Below, piece by piece: positions 62,032 to 64,000 of a DNA stretch of 64,000 nucleotides. The notes under the pieces are model-generated. The model was not told the DNA's origin, did no database searches, and was given only the letters and a program-made list of their open reading frames with translations. The position numbers and the translations under genes are program-made. Origin of the DNA: Lytechinus pictus (lineage: Eukaryota); contig NC_087250.1 in the NCBI RefSeq assembly GCF_037042905.1, positions 13,642,001 to 13,706,000 on the forward strand, given 5' to 3'. Numbering within the stretch: position 1 is the first letter of the stretch; each line of letters begins with the position of its first letter.

Positions 62032-62634
62032 AGGTCAAGTCCACCTCAGAAAAATGTTGATTTGAATCAATAGAGAAAAATTAGACAACCACAATGCTGA
62101 AAATTTCATCAAAATCGGATGTAAAATAAGAAAGTTATGACATTTCAAAGTTTCGCTTATTTTTAACAAAATAGTTATATGAACGAGCCAGTAACATCTA
62201 AATGAGAGAGTCGATGAAGTCACTCACTCACTATTTCTTTTGTTTTTTATTGTTTGAATTATACAATATTTCAATTTTTACGAATTTGACGATTAGGACC
62301 TCCTTGCCTGAAGCACAAAATGTTAAAATAATGGAATTCCACGTGTTCAGGGAGGAATGAAACTTCATTTCACATGACAATGACGAGAAAATCAAAATAT
62401 TTCATATTTCATATAATAGAATACAAAAGAAATAGTGAGTGAGTGATGTCATCAGCTCCCTCATTTGCATACCGACCGAGATGTGCATATAACTGTTTTG
62501 TGAAATGAAGCGAAAATTTAAAATGTCATAACTTTCTTATTTTACATCCGATTTTGATGAAATTTTCAGTGTTATGCTTGTTGAATTTTTCTCTTTTTAT
62601 TCAAATCAATTTTTTGTTGGGGTGGACTTGTCCT
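62032..62634. mobile_element. TTAA fold-back MITE (AGGTCAAGTCCACC termini)
   Basis: TTAA|AGGTCAAGTCCACC...GGTGGACTTGTCCT|TTAA. Confidence 0.87.
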
Positions 62635-64000
62635 TTAAATAAACATGTAAGACTTTCTCTGGAATTATATCTCCCTGCAAGGCCTGCCTGCAACAAATTC
62701 TAAACTTTGAAAGTCACAGATTTTTTAAAACTCTAATATGTCATGTGACCCTTCAGGTACAGTGTAGTTTTTATGACTAGTATGTCTGGATCTTATTTCA
62801 GAAAGAGGTAAAATCAAACGCAAATAAAAAAACGATCAAGTTTATTTTCAACCAATGATATGCGCGCATTACTGGGTTTGTTATTTTTTTTTTTTTACGT
62901 TCAAACGCAACTATTTCTGCAACGCCCCCAGGAAACACATACATGTACATGCAAAAATGAATTTGCAGTAAAATGTTAAAAACTATTGTGCATAGTAGGG
63001 GGGGGGGGGCATTCAGACCCCCAACTTTTTTTGTGCTTCCTTGCTTCATGACCATTTTCTTTAGAATTTGCATGCATAGCACCGTTAGGGGAAACTTGCC
63101 TTCTTTGTACCACCGTCTCCCCTTGTATGTTTTTATTCTTATTTTTGGCACTCAAAGCTTGTCTAGAAGGTCAATCTTTTATTCAAAATTTCGTGAAACA
63201 ACCAAGCTTCTACGCTCCAGTGCAAGAATTTGGCAAACTTCCCCTACCCTCCCCCTCCCCCCCCCCCCGGGAGAGTCCTTCCCTTGCTAAAATTTGAACC
63301 TACATGTACGACCTTCTCTTTCAAAGGCAAGAGTCAGAACTACCAGACCGTCCACAACGCTCACAGTCTCAGACACCGTTCTCATTATGCTTTCTAAAAC
63401 TAGTTTAGGGTCATTACATGCCAATTCACCCAATGAATGTGCAATTTTGCACCCGACCCTCTCGGAATTCGTTGTAAATTGGAACACATAAAATTCACCA
63501 TGGCCCACGCACAAAACAAAAAAAATAAGTCCAATTGGTCCGTCGGTTCTCGCGCTACGGCCTGCCCTTTTCTCCTTGTTTTGACAAAAATGGGCGTGAC
63601 CTTCAAATTTCAATGGCCACTGCGTCGTAACGTGTTGATCAATTTTCATGAAACAGGTACCATTTATTAGGAAATTCAGAGAGGAATCCAAAACATGCAT
63701 CAAATAATGTATTCGAGCGATGTATAAGGTCGTGACCTTTGACCTTTACTTTGACCTTGAGTTTGACCCCCGGACAAATAATTTTTTAACTTGATTTTCA
63801 TGCATGTTAATTATTAGTATGATATTGACAAAATATGTTAAAATCAATGATGATATTATATTTCTTCACCTTTTAAAACTCTTCCAAAGATACCATGAAA
63901 TTTCACTCTAGTCCCACATACTAATATTCATGTTAGTAAAGTGTTTACCAGTTACATGATTTCTTCCAATCTTAAGTTACAGTATGCATGCACATGAAAA

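Overview
AT-rich, intron-rich animal genomic DNA. The repeat repertoire and gene sequences suggest a sea urchin or other echinoderm (inference). Two spliced minus-strand protein genes can be reconstructed with GT-AG boundaries and consistent phases. One is a complete KIF17/OSM-3 homodimeric kinesin-2 (15 coding exons, 51626->34243, about 864 aa, plus a candidate 15-nt microexon). The other is a complete MAP1LC3A/B-type Atg8 gene (4 exons, 25795->19598, 117 aa) that ends directly on the lipidated glycine. A tRNA-Arg(ACG) gene lies divergently just upstream of KIF17. The first ~8.7 kb is a dense mosaic of internal fragments from unrelated transposons (hAT, Harbinger, pogo/Tigger, DUF6729-like, retroelement-like). 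All recognisable fragments are on the minus strand, which resembles a uni-strand piRNA cluster. The rest carries many MITEs (TTAA/Kolobok-like, Harbinger-like, hAT with 8-bp and 6-bp TSDs, Sola-like), tRNA-derived SINEs, an L2 3' end, a Helentron-like tandem-repeat element, inverted 15-bp minisatellite arrays, and a Penelope-like inverted insertion with two minimal hammerhead-like motifs. Family assignments come from recalled motifs, not database searches.
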